Below are positions 7,912-16,395 of a stretch of DNA of 48,272 nucleotides, in pieces. Within the stretch, counting starts at the first letter, position 1. Each line of letters begins with the position of its first letter. The notes beneath the pieces are model-generated. The model did no database searches. It saw nothing but the letters and a program-made list of their open reading frames with translations, and was not told where the DNA came from. Source of the DNA: a virus (Duplodnaviria > Caudoviricetes). The stretch is taken from positions 1-48,272 of IMG/VR virus record IMGVR_UViG_3300031454_000009, one strand, 5' to 3'. The position numbers were made by a program, and so were the translations under genes.

Positions 7912-9156
7912 ATGATGACATCCGGTCCGACCCTATACGGGCGAATTGCGCCCGTGTGCAATCCATCTGAGAACGATAGCGGCCTTCCCTATGGCGAAGC
8001 CGCTGACGGGCGCCTCGTTGCCGTGGCCGATGTGCCACGCGGCATCGCGTGCGCCCTAGTCTGCCCTGAATGCCGCGCCCGGCTGGTCGCCAAGAAGGGC
8101 GATGTAATCCGGCATCACTTCGCGCACGAAAGCGGCCTAGGCTGCGAAGGCGCCTACGAGACGATGCTGCACAAGCTGGCCAAGCAGATCGTCGCCGACG
8201 CCGGCTGGCTGGCCGTGCCGCCGGTCCAAGTTTCATGGTACGAGCATGTCCGCGTGGTGGCACACAGCGCGACTGCTAGGTTTGACCGTGTAGAGCTTGA
8301 GGTCTGGCAGGGCGGCATCCGCCCGGACATCGTGGGCTACCGGCGGGATCGCGCGCTATGGGTCGAGGTGGCCGTCACGCATCCCTGCGGCCCAGAGAAG
8401 ATCGCGGCCATCGGCCAGCGTCAGGCGGCGACCGTTGAGATTGACCTATCGCAAGTGCGGCGTGACACCTCGTTTGAAGCGTTGCAGAATACCGTTCTGC
8501 GCCTTGCTCCCCGCCAGTGGCTCTATCATCCGAAAGAGCCGGCTGCGCTAGCCATCCTGCGCGCTGACGTAGAGGCGCAGCGGGCGCAAGATCGGCATCT
8601 GCGTTCTTTGGCCGACGAAGAAGCGCGACGCCAGAAAGAGGCCGATGAGGCTGAGGAACAGCGACGCCGAGCTGAAGAGACCGCGCGCTATCAAGCGAAC
8701 TATGCCAAGCGTGAAGCGGCGCGCGAAGCTGCCGATGCGGATCGCGTAGAGAACAATATAACGCGGCTTTACCAGATGCGTGCTGAGTTGCTGAAATATG
8801 CAACCAAGATGTTGGGTGACGATGATGCGCGGGTCTGGATGGATAAATCAGGAATCGACGAGCGGGGATTGCGTCTCACCTCGCCTAATACTCAGACAGA
8901 TGCCAACTGTAGGTTTCAGCATTGGGATGCGTTGCGGGTCGAGGTTTCTAAGCGTGCTGCCAAGGACACGGCGGAGGTGGAAGCCCTGGCTGAACTGGTG
9001 ACGACTGCTGCACGGCACTTCCGGTCCGAAGAGCGCGGCCTGTTATGGTGCAAGGGGGTCAATCCGGCGCTGGACGGGAAAAGCCCGGCCGCGGCGTGCG
9101 TTGAGCCGGGCGGCTTGGCTCGCTGCTTGGCGCTTCTGAACAAAGCGAAGCGGTAG
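7912..9156 (+). CDS. CoiA-like nuclease with coiled coil and C-terminal Xre/MbcA/ParS-like domain
   Basis: CPECRARLVAKKG..HHFAH..ETMLHKLAK..RPDI..VEVAVTH; C-terminal HFRSEERGLLW..NPALDGKSP. Confidence 0.75.
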   Translation: MMTSGPTLYGRIAPVCNPSENDSGLPYGEAADGRLVAVADVPRGIACALVCPECRARLVAKKGDVIRHHFAHESGLGCEGAYETMLHKLAKQIVADAGWLAVPPVQVSWYEHVRVVAHSATARFDRVELEVWQGGIRPDIVGYRRDRALWVEVAVTHPCGPEKIAAIGQRQAATVEIDLSQVRRDTSFEALQNTVLRLAPRQWLYHPKEPAALAILRADVEAQRAQDRHLRSLADEEARRQKEADEAEEQRRRAEETARYQANYAKREAAREAADADRVENNITRLYQMRAELLKYATKMLGDDDARVWMDKSGIDERGLRLTSPNTQTDANCRFQHWDALRVEVSKRAAKDTAEVEALAELVTTAARHFRSEERGLLWCKGVNPALDGKSPAAACVEPGGLARCLALLNKAKR

Positions 9157-9168
9157 GGGGACGGAATC

Positions 9169-9390
9169 ATGTCCAACATCATCCCGCTCCCCGGCTCCGG
9201 CTTCGTCCCGCCACCGCCCTGCCGACCGCCGCACCCATACGCCGCGTTCGTGGATGCCCGCCAAGCCATGATGCGTGCCTTGGCCGCATGGCTTCAGACC
9301 AACCCCGATCCTGCGTCGGCGGCGCTGGAGATGGACGGCACGCTGTCCATGATGGATCAGCTCCGGCAGTTGGAGGCGGCGCATGGTTGA
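9169..9390 (+). CDS. Hypothetical protein
   Basis: RBS present; overlaps the dnaB start. Confidence 0.65.
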   Translation: MSNIIPLPGSGFVPPPPCRPPHPYAAFVDARQAMMRALAAWLQTNPDPASAALEMDGTLSMMDQLRQLEAAHG

Positions 9391-11851
9391 CGCTTCCCCC
9401 CGCGACCACACCGGCCGCGGCGCGCTCATCAACGACATGGCCGAACAGGCGCTGCTGGGCGCGCTGCTGACCAAGCCGCAACTCCTGTCGGCACTGCCCA
9501 GTGCGTTCAGCCCGGAACACTACGGGCAGCCAGCGCATGAAGACATCCACCGCGTCTTGGTCGAGGTCGGCAAGCCCGGTATCCCGGCCGCCGTCGCGGT
9601 GGCGCAGGCCCTTGCGATCAACGACCCGGAAGGCCGCACCCGCATCGCCGGGCTGCTGTCCGCTGTCGTATCCTACCTGCCCGGCAGCATCGCGCAGTAC
9701 GCCGACCTGGTGACGGACATGCACCGGCGCCGGGCCTTGGTCGGCCTGGCGGCCAAGATGCACGAAAGCGCGTTCGCCCTGACGCCTGATGGATCGGCGG
9801 ACGGGGCCATCGCGCAGGCTATGGCTGGCCTGGACCATCTCGTGAGCGGACGCGCCAGCAACCGTGCCTGCATGTCGCTGGACGAGGCAATGGACCTCGC
9901 CATATTGCGGGCCGACGAAGCGGCCAAGCGCCAAGGGCCGGCAGGGCTGTCCACGGGTTTCAACGCCGTGGATGAGATGACGGGCGGGCTGGAGGACGGC
10001 ACGCTGACCGTGCTGGCCGGACGGCCTGCCATGGGAAAGGCGCAACCCCTAGACGCCAAGGTTCTGCGGCGTGACGGGACATGGGCGCGGATGGGCGACC
10101 TCCGCATGGGTGACGATCTTGCATCGGTTGACGGTGCCCCGTCGCGTATCATGGCTGTCCACCCTCGTGGCGAACGCGACGTGTTCACCGTCACGTTGGC
10201 TGATGGCCGGGCGACCAAGGTCTGCGGCGATCACCTATGGCGGGTGACTTACCGGGAGTGGAGCGGGCCTCTCGTCATCAGCACCCACAAACTGCGCTCA
10301 ATGCTTGGCAGCGCACGCTACAAGAACCGCCTGAGCATTGACCTCGTATCGGGCCACTTCGGCGCTTCCGTTGATCTGCCGCTGGATGCTTACGTGTTGG
10401 GCGTGATGCTCGGGGACGGCAGCTTCCGGGGGACAACGACGCGGATCACGTCCGCCGACCCCGAGATCGTGGCGGCTGTTGCGGCGCGGCTGGCAAGCGG
10501 CATGGAAATCCGGCGGGTTGTCGGCTCCTACGCGTACAGCGTCACATCAGGCGGGCTGGACCGAACGGCTCTTGGCCAGTTCGTCAGCGCGGCGACCCTT
10601 CCTGGGATCATTGCCGGACTTGGCCTGGACGGAACCGACAGCGGCAACAAGTTCATCCCCGCACGCTACTTGGCGGCAACCCGGCAGGATCGGCTGGATC
10701 TGCTGCGCGGCCTGATGGACACGGATGGCTGGGCCGAGAAGCACGGCAGCGTGCGCTTCACATCGGCCAGCCTCGTGCTTGCGGAGGGCGTGCGCGACTT
10801 GGTGCGCTCCCTGGGCGGGACATGCTCCATCGTCAGCAAGGCGCCGTTCTGCACGGTGCGGGGTAAGCGGGTTGCGGGCGCTAAGGCGTGGGTCTGCCGC
10901 ATCAGGCACGCGCACGCTGAAACCCTGTTCCTGCTGGCACGGAAATCGGAACGCGCGAAGCGGGGCCACAACGCCACTGTCCGGCTCACCGTGAGCAGCG
11001 TGGAGCTGACCGGGCACGAGCCGGTGCAGTGCATCACCGTCACTCACCCATCCAGCCTCTACGTGACGGACGGCTACACGGTCACGCACAACAGCGCGAT
11101 CGGGCATCAGATGGCATTGGCCGCGGCCCGGCAAGGCGTCGGCGTCCTGGAAATCAGCCTGGAGATGTCCGGTGCCGAGCTGGGGCGCCGGGCGCTTTCA
11201 GCAGCTTCCGGCGTGCCGCTTGGCCTGCTGAAGCGCGGCCGGCACGGGGCATTCACGCACCAGATCATCCAGGCCCGGCGCAACCTGGCGAACCTTCCCG
11301 TCACCATAGAGGACGGCGGTGGACTGACAGCCGCCATGATCGCGCTCAAGGCCCGCCAGGCGCAGCGCCGGCATGGCCTGGGCCTCATCATGGTGGACCA
11401 CCTGCACATCGTCCGGCCCGATGACGGCGACGCACGCCAGGGGGCTACGTGGGCGGTCGGGCGTATCTCGGGAGCCATGAAGCGGCTCGCCAAGGAGTTC
11501 GCCTGCCCAGTGCTGCTGCTGGCGCAGCTCAACCGCGGCGTCGAGGGCAGGGACGATAAGCGACCCGGCCTCTCCGACCTGCGCCAGTCCGGCGACATTG
11601 AGCAGGATGCGGATGCGGTGGGGTTCGTCTATCGGGCCGAGTACTACCTCGCACGCGAGCCGGAAATGCTCGCTACCGAGACGCGCGAGCAGTTCGGGAA
11701 CCGCCGGACCAAGTGGGAACACGCCAGGCAGGACGCCGCCGGGAAGGCGGACCTGATCTTTGCCAAGGTGCGCGACGGTGCGCCGGGCACGGTCCCGCTG
11801 CTGTTCCATGGCGAAACGACTTCGTTTTCGGAGCCTGCACATGGCCAGTGA
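9383..11851 (+). CDS. dnaB: Replicative DnaB-family helicase, intein-containing
   Basis: AEQALLGALL; GLSTGF; AGRPAMGK/S; SLEMS; VDHL; LAQLNR; DLRQSGDIEQDAD. Confidence 0.97.
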   Translation: MVDASPRDHTGRGALINDMAEQALLGALLTKPQLLSALPSAFSPEHYGQPAHEDIHRVLVEVGKPGIPAAVAVAQALAINDPEGRTRIAGLLSAVVSYLPGSIAQYADLVTDMHRRRALVGLAAKMHESAFALTPDGSADGAIAQAMAGLDHLVSGRASNRACMSLDEAMDLAILRADEAAKRQGPAGLSTGFNAVDEMTGGLEDGTLTVLAGRPAMGKAQPLDAKVLRRDGTWARMGDLRMGDDLASVDGAPSRIMAVHPRGERDVFTVTLADGRATKVCGDHLWRVTYREWSGPLVISTHKLRSMLGSARYKNRLSIDLVSGHFGASVDLPLDAYVLGVMLGDGSFRGTTTRITSADPEIVAAVAARLASGMEIRRVVGSYAYSVTSGGLDRTALGQFVSAATLPGIIAGLGLDGTDSGNKFIPARYLAATRQDRLDLLRGLMDTDGWAEKHGSVRFTSASLVLAEGVRDLVRSLGGTCSIVSKAPFCTVRGKRVAGAKAWVCRIRHAHAETLFLLARKSERAKRGHNATVRLTVSSVELTGHEPVQCITVTHPSSLYVTDGYTVTHNSAIGHQMALAAARQGVGVLEISLEMSGAELGRRALSAASGVPLGLLKRGRHGAFTHQIIQARRNLANLPVTIEDGGGLTAAMIALKARQAQRRHGLGLIMVDHLHIVRPDDGDARQGATWAVGRISGAMKRLAKEFACPVLLLAQLNRGVEGRDDKRPGLSDLRQSGDIEQDADAVGFVYRAEYYLAREPEMLATETREQFGNRRTKWEHARQDAAGKADLIFAKVRDGAPGTVPLLFHGETTSFSEPAHGQ
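10040..11092 (+). mobile_element. Class-3 intein (351 aa) with LAGLIDADG endonuclease in the DnaB P-loop
   Basis: GK|AQPLDA..GDHLW..VQCITV..VTHN|S; LGVMLGDG and LRGLMDTDG motifs. Confidence 0.93.
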
Positions 11852-12947
11852 ACGCCGCACGCCATGGTTCAAGTTCTATGCCCCGGACTGGCGGTCCGAC
11901 CTCTCGCTGCGTGAGTGCGGCTATGCCGCACGCGGCCTTTGGATAGACATGCTGACCATCATGCACGAAGCTGAGCCTTACGGGCACCTCGTCATCAGTG
12001 GGAAGCCTGCGGGGGCCAAGCGGCTTGCTGCGTTGCTGGGCGGGACAGAGCGTGAAGTCGCCGGCTTGCTGGCGCAGCTCCAAGAAGCTGGCGTGTATAG
12101 CCTGGATGACGCTGGCACGATCTACAGCCGGCGCATGGTGCGAGATGAGCGCCGTGAGGCCGAAAAGCAGGACATCGGGAAGAGGTTCGGCCCACTTGGC
12201 GGCAACCCGAATATCCGCCGCGGCACCGTTGCAAAGGAAGAGCGGGTGCGCCGGTTCAGGCCAAGCGACAATCCAGCCAAAGCGGCACGCATTTTCGACA
12301 AGACCGGAGGCTTGTGCCACTGGTGCAAGAGGCCGTTGCAGCGCGAACATGAGGGCGTGGATTTCTTCCATTGCGATCATGTGGTCGCAATTTGCGATGG
12401 CGGCTCTAACGAGGACAACAACCTAGTACCCGCGTGTGCTGCCTGTAACCACAAGCGGGCACGTAAAGACTGGTCCGACCCTAACGAACGCGGGCAATCC
12501 GACCCTAACCATGCGCGCAAGTCCGACCCTAACCCCCATAGCCATAGCCAGTACCAGGAAGAAAGTAAGCAGCGTTCAGTCCCTCCCTCCCGCGCGCTGC
12601 GCGACCCAATGCGCGCCGCGCCGGCCATGCCGACTCTGGCCGACCCTCCCGAGGCGTGGGAGGCGCTCGGCGACGGCTGGGGCACGGATCGGGATGGCGT
12701 CAAGCGGCCCGCCGTGGGCGGCTACTGCCTTGATCTCGTTGCCAGAGAGGTTTGCGATGCAGCCGGCATGGACGGTCGCAACCGGGCCGTGGACTGGCGC
12801 CCGCTGATTGCGCTGCTGCGCGAGGGCTACACCCCGCACGGCCAAATCATCCCGACAATCCAACGGGTTGCGAGTCGGCCAGGCTACGCCCCGCCTCGGT
12901 TCCTGACGTATTTCGACCAAGCCATCCGCGAAGCGAGGGCAGCATGA
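11841..12947 (+). CDS. Replication initiator-like protein with internal HNH domain
   Basis: PWFKFYAPDWRSD..ARGLWIDML..IYSRRMVRD; CHWC..DHVV..GGSNEDNNLVPACAACN. Confidence 0.8.
   Translation: MASERRTPWFKFYAPDWRSDLSLRECGYAARGLWIDMLTIMHEAEPYGHLVISGKPAGAKRLAALLGGTEREVAGLLAQLQEAGVYSLDDAGTIYSRRMVRDERREAEKQDIGKRFGPLGGNPNIRRGTVAKEERVRRFRPSDNPAKAARIFDKTGGLCHWCKRPLQREHEGVDFFHCDHVVAICDGGSNEDNNLVPACAACNHKRARKDWSDPNERGQSDPNHARKSDPNPHSHSQYQEESKQRSVPPSRALRDPMRAAPAMPTLADPPEAWEALGDGWGTDRDGVKRPAVGGYCLDLVAREVCDAAGMDGRNRAVDWRPLIALLREGYTPHGQIIPTIQRVASRPGYAPPRFLTYFDQAIREARAA
12474..12533 (+). repeat. Three 12-bp direct repeats at a 24-bp period (putative iterons / origin)
   Basis: TCCGACCCTAAC at 12474, 12498 and 12522. 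Confidence 0.8.
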
Positions 12948-12993
12948 ACACCATCCCACCACCCCGCCCCGCCGCCGCCACGGGGGAGCGGAC

Positions 12994-13218
12994 ATGAGCG
13001 ATGACGCGGCCTTCCGCACGCGCTGGCTCCGGACCCGCAAACCTTACCTGGATGCGAACGTGGGCAAGTGCCTGGAGCCATGCCACGGCGATGGCAAGTT
13101 CTGGTTCTGCGGCAAACCGGTCGTTGACGGCGGCGAGGTCTGCGCGGAACACGGCACAGCGTTGGCAGGAACACCCGCTCGCAACACTGCCGCCACGGAC
13201 CGGGGAGGCCGGGCGTGA
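12994..13218 (+). CDS. Stand-alone GcrA C-terminal-like Cys/His domain
   Basis: CLEPCHGDGKFWFCGKPVVDGGEVCAEH. Confidence 0.6.
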   Translation: MSDDAAFRTRWLRTRKPYLDANVGKCLEPCHGDGKFWFCGKPVVDGGEVCAEHGTALAGTPARNTAATDRGGRA

Positions 13219-13361
13219 GCGGGGACATGCGCCGTCTCATCACGGCGCTGCTGCGCACGGGCTACGTGGAGGCGATGGCCCATATCGCGTCGCTGCCAGG
13301 GCCTGTGCGCCCCGTGCCGCCTGGGTCGCCCGTGTCGCTCCCATGGGGCGGCTGGCCATGA
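13215..13361 (+). CDS. 48-aa hypothetical protein
   Basis: GGAGG RBS; GTGA and ATGA overlaps. Confidence 0.5.
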   Translation: MSGDMRRLITALLRTGYVEAMAHIASLPGPVRPVPPGSPVSLPWGGWP

Positions 13362-13561
13362 CCCCCGCCACCCTCGCAGCCGCCGTCCAGGCCGCCCAGA
13401 AGTTCCTGCGCCGGGCCAAACTGGTGCCGACCGAAACCGTCACGTCGGACGTGGGCAAGCCGTGGGTCAGTCTGCCCATCAGCAAGCACGTCGCTGCGGC
13501 CAAGCGCGCCAGCCCGGACCTGACGCGGGCGCTGGCGGACCTACGGAGGGCGGGATCGTGA
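13358..13561 (+). CDS. Hypothetical protein
   Basis: ATGA overlap; MTPATLAAAVQAAQKFL..DLTRALADLR. Confidence 0.65.
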   Translation: MTPATLAAAVQAAQKFLRRAKLVPTETVTSDVGKPWVSLPISKHVAAAKRASPDLTRALADLRRAGS

Positions 13562-14007
13562 GCGGGGACACCTGGGCGCCAGGCACGTTCTGGATCGCCA
13601 TGCCCAACGGCCCTGACACGCGCTCTGGCTACGTCCTGGGCGGGCTTGGCTTGGCGCATGACGGCTGGGCCAAGCCGTCGGAGCGCACGCACTGGACCTT
13701 GACGCACATCGGCTCCGGCGCCGCCATCTGCCGGCTGGCGGGCACCGTCGCTGCGGTGATGCCGGTGGCGGCCGAGATCGCACGGTGCGGCGACTGGACG
13801 CTGTTTGACCTGCCGAATGGTTGGAAGCAGACGGACCCGAAGCTGTTGTTGAAGCTGGTTGCGGTGCTTGACAGGCATCCTGGCATCGCCAGAGGTCCTG
13901 ACCGTTCGGGCAAGGTGGTGACCCCTGATGATGCGCGGGTTGTCATCGCCGCACGCGACGCCGCCCCGAACCCCGCGCGCGCGGTCCCGGCGGGAGGCGG
14001 TCGGTGA
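13558..14007 (+). CDS. Hypothetical protein
   Basis: GGAGG RBS; GTGA overlaps. Confidence 0.7.
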   Translation: MSGDTWAPGTFWIAMPNGPDTRSGYVLGGLGLAHDGWAKPSERTHWTLTHIGSGAAICRLAGTVAAVMPVAAEIARCGDWTLFDLPNGWKQTDPKLLLKLVAVLDRHPGIARGPDRSGKVVTPDDARVVIAARDAAPNPARAVPAGGGR

Positions 14008-14258
14008 GCGGCATGGACGTCGAACGCTTCCCGATCATCGGCAGCGGCGGCCAGACGATCCCGTGGGCCGTCATCGCCCAGCACGAGAAGCAGGCGGGCC
14101 GCAACCACGGGCAGACCCTGCGGCGCTTGGCCGAGCGCGGCGGCCTGGACTGGACCGAGGCCCTGTGGGTGCTGACCGGCCAACCCTGGGGCAGCACGCG
14201 GAACGACCCCGATGCCCGCGCCAAGGTGCTGGCGCTATGCGGGGAGCAGCGCCCATGA
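14004..14258 (+). CDS. Hypothetical phage protein
   Basis: IPW..HEKQAGRNHGQTLRRLAERGGL; coupled overlaps. Confidence 0.75.
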   Translation: MSGMDVERFPIIGSGGQTIPWAVIAQHEKQAGRNHGQTLRRLAERGGLDWTEALWVLTGQPWGSTRNDPDARAKVLALCGEQRP

Positions 14259-14345
14259 CCCCCGCCACTGAAGCACCTCGCCAGCCGCACAGGAGCGCCG
14301 CCAGGGCCGTCCTGGGCACCGGGGCGCTACTCCCCTACCAGGATT

Positions 14346-14582
14346 TCACACAGGCACCTGTGCGGCTTCCTGTATCAGCCGTGCCACGCACGCTGGACGC
14401 GACGCATCACCGTGCTGTCGAGCCAGCGCGTCCAGGGCGTCTGCCACGTCGCCGGGCAGTTCGATCGTCACGGCGCGCCGAGATACCCGCGATGCCTGCA
14501 CGCGCTCGTAAGCTGTGGGCGCATCTGGACGGCGCGGCCGGCCGCGGGGGCGCTTGGGGGTGGACGAATCAGGCGTCGTCAT
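14346..14582 (-). CDS. Ribbon-helix-helix-like protein with an AT-hook-like motif
   Basis: KRPRGRPRR; VTIELPGDVADALDALA..SRPACVARLI; AGGAG RBS. Confidence 0.7.
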   Translation of the reverse strand: MTTPDSSTPKRPRGRPRRPDAPTAYERVQASRVSRRAVTIELPGDVADALDALARQHGDASRPACVARLIQEAAQVPV

Positions 14583-14698
14583 GGCAAGCTCCTGCTTGTC
14601 GCCCGCAAGGGCGTGGGTCGAAACATGTCGAGTTCTTAAAGCCCGGCTTTTGCCGAGAGTGTGCCCGCTGGAATTACCCGGCGGGCACCATCGGCGCG

Positions 14699-14893
14699 CT
14701 AGTTCTCAGCCTCGACCCACTGGATGCGCGGGTCGGCCTGCAACTCGGCCAGCCGCCTGTCCCGGCTCTTGGTCAGCCGGAACTCCTGGGTCATCACCGC
14801 GCCGTTGTCGAGGCTGCCACCGTCGCCCAACGCGCCGGGTATGTAGCGGTAGGCCAAGGTGCGGGGTCCGGTGGTCTTGATCTGCTGCGTCAT
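14699..14893 (-). CDS. Hypothetical moron protein
   Basis: GGAG RBS; in the inverted cassette. Confidence 0.65.
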   Translation of the reverse strand: MTQQIKTTGPRTLAYRYIPGALGDGGSLDNGAVMTQEFRLTKSRDRRLAELQADPRIQWVEAEN

Positions 14894-14917
14894 CGTCGTT
14901 GCTCCGGCTGGGGTGGG

Positions 14918-15208
14918 TTAGGCGACGCGGGCTTGTGCGCGTGTCATGGCGGCGACGATCCGGCTGTTGTCGGCGCCCAGGCCCTTGAGCCAAACATTAA
15001 GCCGCTGCGCTTCGGTGCCGGCCTCGCGCTCGGCGGGGGACATCGCCTTGAGGTTGGCGATGCCGTCAACCAGCGTGACGGCCTTGGTCGTCAGCTCGGC
15101 AAGCACCTCATCGGCAGGGCGCTGGCCGATGGGGCCGTCAGCGATGGTCAGGTTCTGGATCTTGCCCTTGCTGTAAGCCGCACCGACGAAATCGCGGAAA
15201 GTCACCAT
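14918..15208 (-). CDS. Hypothetical moron protein
   Basis: AGGA RBS before MVTFRDF; first gene after the cassette promoter. Confidence 0.7.
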   Translation of the reverse strand: MVTFRDFVGAAYSKGKIQNLTIADGPIGQRPADEVLAELTTKAVTLVDGIANLKAMSPAEREAGTEAQRLNVWLKGLGADNSRIVAAMTRAQARVA

Positions 15209-15252
15209 GGTCTGCATCCTGTCCGCCGGGGCACCATCGCCGTCCGGTGGAT

Positions 15253-15283
15253 TATATGTAGCGTGCTGCGTATATGCCGTCAA
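15253..15283 (-). promoter_or_regulatory. Sigma70-like moron promoter with an overlapping imperfect palindrome
   Basis: TTGACG-17-TACATA on the minus strand; TATATGTAGC-GT-GCTGCGTATA. Confidence 0.6.
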
Positions 15284-15333
15284 CACATATTCGCATCGTG
15301 CGGCGGAAATAATCATCACGACGCGAGGCCCGC

Positions 15334-15558
15334 ATGACCGACGCTCCCGACGTGCCGCGCTGCCTGCCGCCGACCCCGAGCGTGCCCGGGCATCGGCGCG
15401 GTTGCGAGTGCCTTGGGTGCAAGCTGGCGGCGCTGGCCGAGCGCGAACGTGCGGAAATCAAGCGCATCGTGGACCGCTGCATCCGCAACGGACTTGCTGC
15501 CTTGCCCGATACCAACCCCCAACCAGGAGCCACCCCATGCGCCGCATCCCCGTCCTAG
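15334..15558 (+). CDS. Hypothetical protein
   Basis: GAGG RBS; CECLGC motif. Confidence 0.5.
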   Translation: MTDAPDVPRCLPPTPSVPGHRRGCECLGCKLAALAERERAEIKRIVDRCIRNGLAALPDTNPQPGATPCAASPS

Positions 15559-15914
15559 CCCTCCTCGCGCTGACCGCCGCCGCCCCAGACGACAACCGGC
15601 TCGTCATCGCGTTCGCATCCGGCTCGCACGCCCTGTCGCCGGTGGCCCAGGCGCAGCTCGACCTGGCCGCCGGGCTTTATCGGGACGCCCACCCGCACGT
15701 GATGATCGCGACCGGCCACGCCGACGCATCGGGCGATCCAGAGGCCAACCTTCGGCTGTCCGAGGCCCGTGCACTGGCGGTCCGGCGTGCCCTGATCGTG
15801 CGGGGCGTGCCGGCCGACCGGCTGTTGCCTCGTGCGTTCGGCGCGTCGGAGCTGGCCGACCCGGGCGATCCTGCGGGAGCGGGGAACCGGAGGGCGGTGG
15901 TGACGTGGCGGTAG
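15537..15914 (+). CDS. Exported OmpA-like C-terminal (peptidoglycan-binding) domain protein
   Basis: Signal peptide; FASGSHAL..GHADASG..NLRLSEARA.AV..NRR; AGGAG RBS. Confidence 0.88.
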   Translation: MRRIPVLALLALTAAAPDDNRLVIAFASGSHALSPVAQAQLDLAAGLYRDAHPHVMIATGHADASGDPEANLRLSEARALAVRRALIVRGVPADRLLPRAFGASELADPGDPAGAGNRRAVVTWR

Positions 15915-16123
15915 CGCGGACGCCGGGCGTGATCGAGGATGGGCGGCACACCGAGGGCGTGTGCGAGGATGGCGCAGCGATCCTGTGCGACGGCGTGATG
16001 ATGACCATTCCTGAGATACTGGCGAAACTGGACAGTGCGGAAGGGATGCGAGCGTTGCTGGAGCAATGGCTGGAAACTGAGCGGCTTGTAGCAAAAATGC
16101 TGCAAACGTTGGGCAAGCCATGA
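15905..16123 (+). CDS. Hypothetical protein
   Basis: EGVCEDGAAILCDGVMMTIPEIL; coupled to its neighbours. Confidence 0.6.
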   Translation: MAVARTPGVIEDGRHTEGVCEDGAAILCDGVMMTIPEILAKLDSAEGMRALLEQWLETERLVAKMLQTLGKP

Positions 16124-16395
16124 CTCTAGCCACCCTCATGACCCTCCTAGCCGCCCCCGCCCTATGGGACGTGACCGCGCTCCAGCCGCCCACCATCTGC
16201 CAGGCGCTGCCCGATCCCGTGTGCGTCATGCGGGACACAAGCGACGTGCTGGTGCTCTACGGCGCCACCATCAAGCCGATCCCCAATCCAGGCGGCATGG
16301 CCGTATGGCGGCAGGCGAACGCGCGGGTGGCGGATGCTGCGGCGCTGCGGCGGGACCGGGCTGGGCGGGCACGTGCTGGGGCGGGGGGCGGATGA
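16120..16395 (+). CDS. Hypothetical protein, possibly exported
   Basis: ATGA overlap; hydrophobic N-terminus. Confidence 0.55.
   Translation: MTLATLMTLLAAPALWDVTALQPPTICQALPDPVCVMRDTSDVLVLYGATIKPIPNPGGMAVWRQANARVADAAALRRDRAGRARAGAGGG

Noticed and set aside
8950-9390. Complete RES-Xre toxin-antitoxin pair
   Set aside because: No RES-like toxin next to the antitoxin-like domain
12474-12533. CRISPR-like repeat
   Set aside because: 12-bp units with 12-bp gaps inside a gene, no cas genes; iterons fit better
14638-14651. AAAGCC-C-GGCTTT as a terminator
   Set aside because: One-nt loop and short stem; at most a protein-binding palindrome
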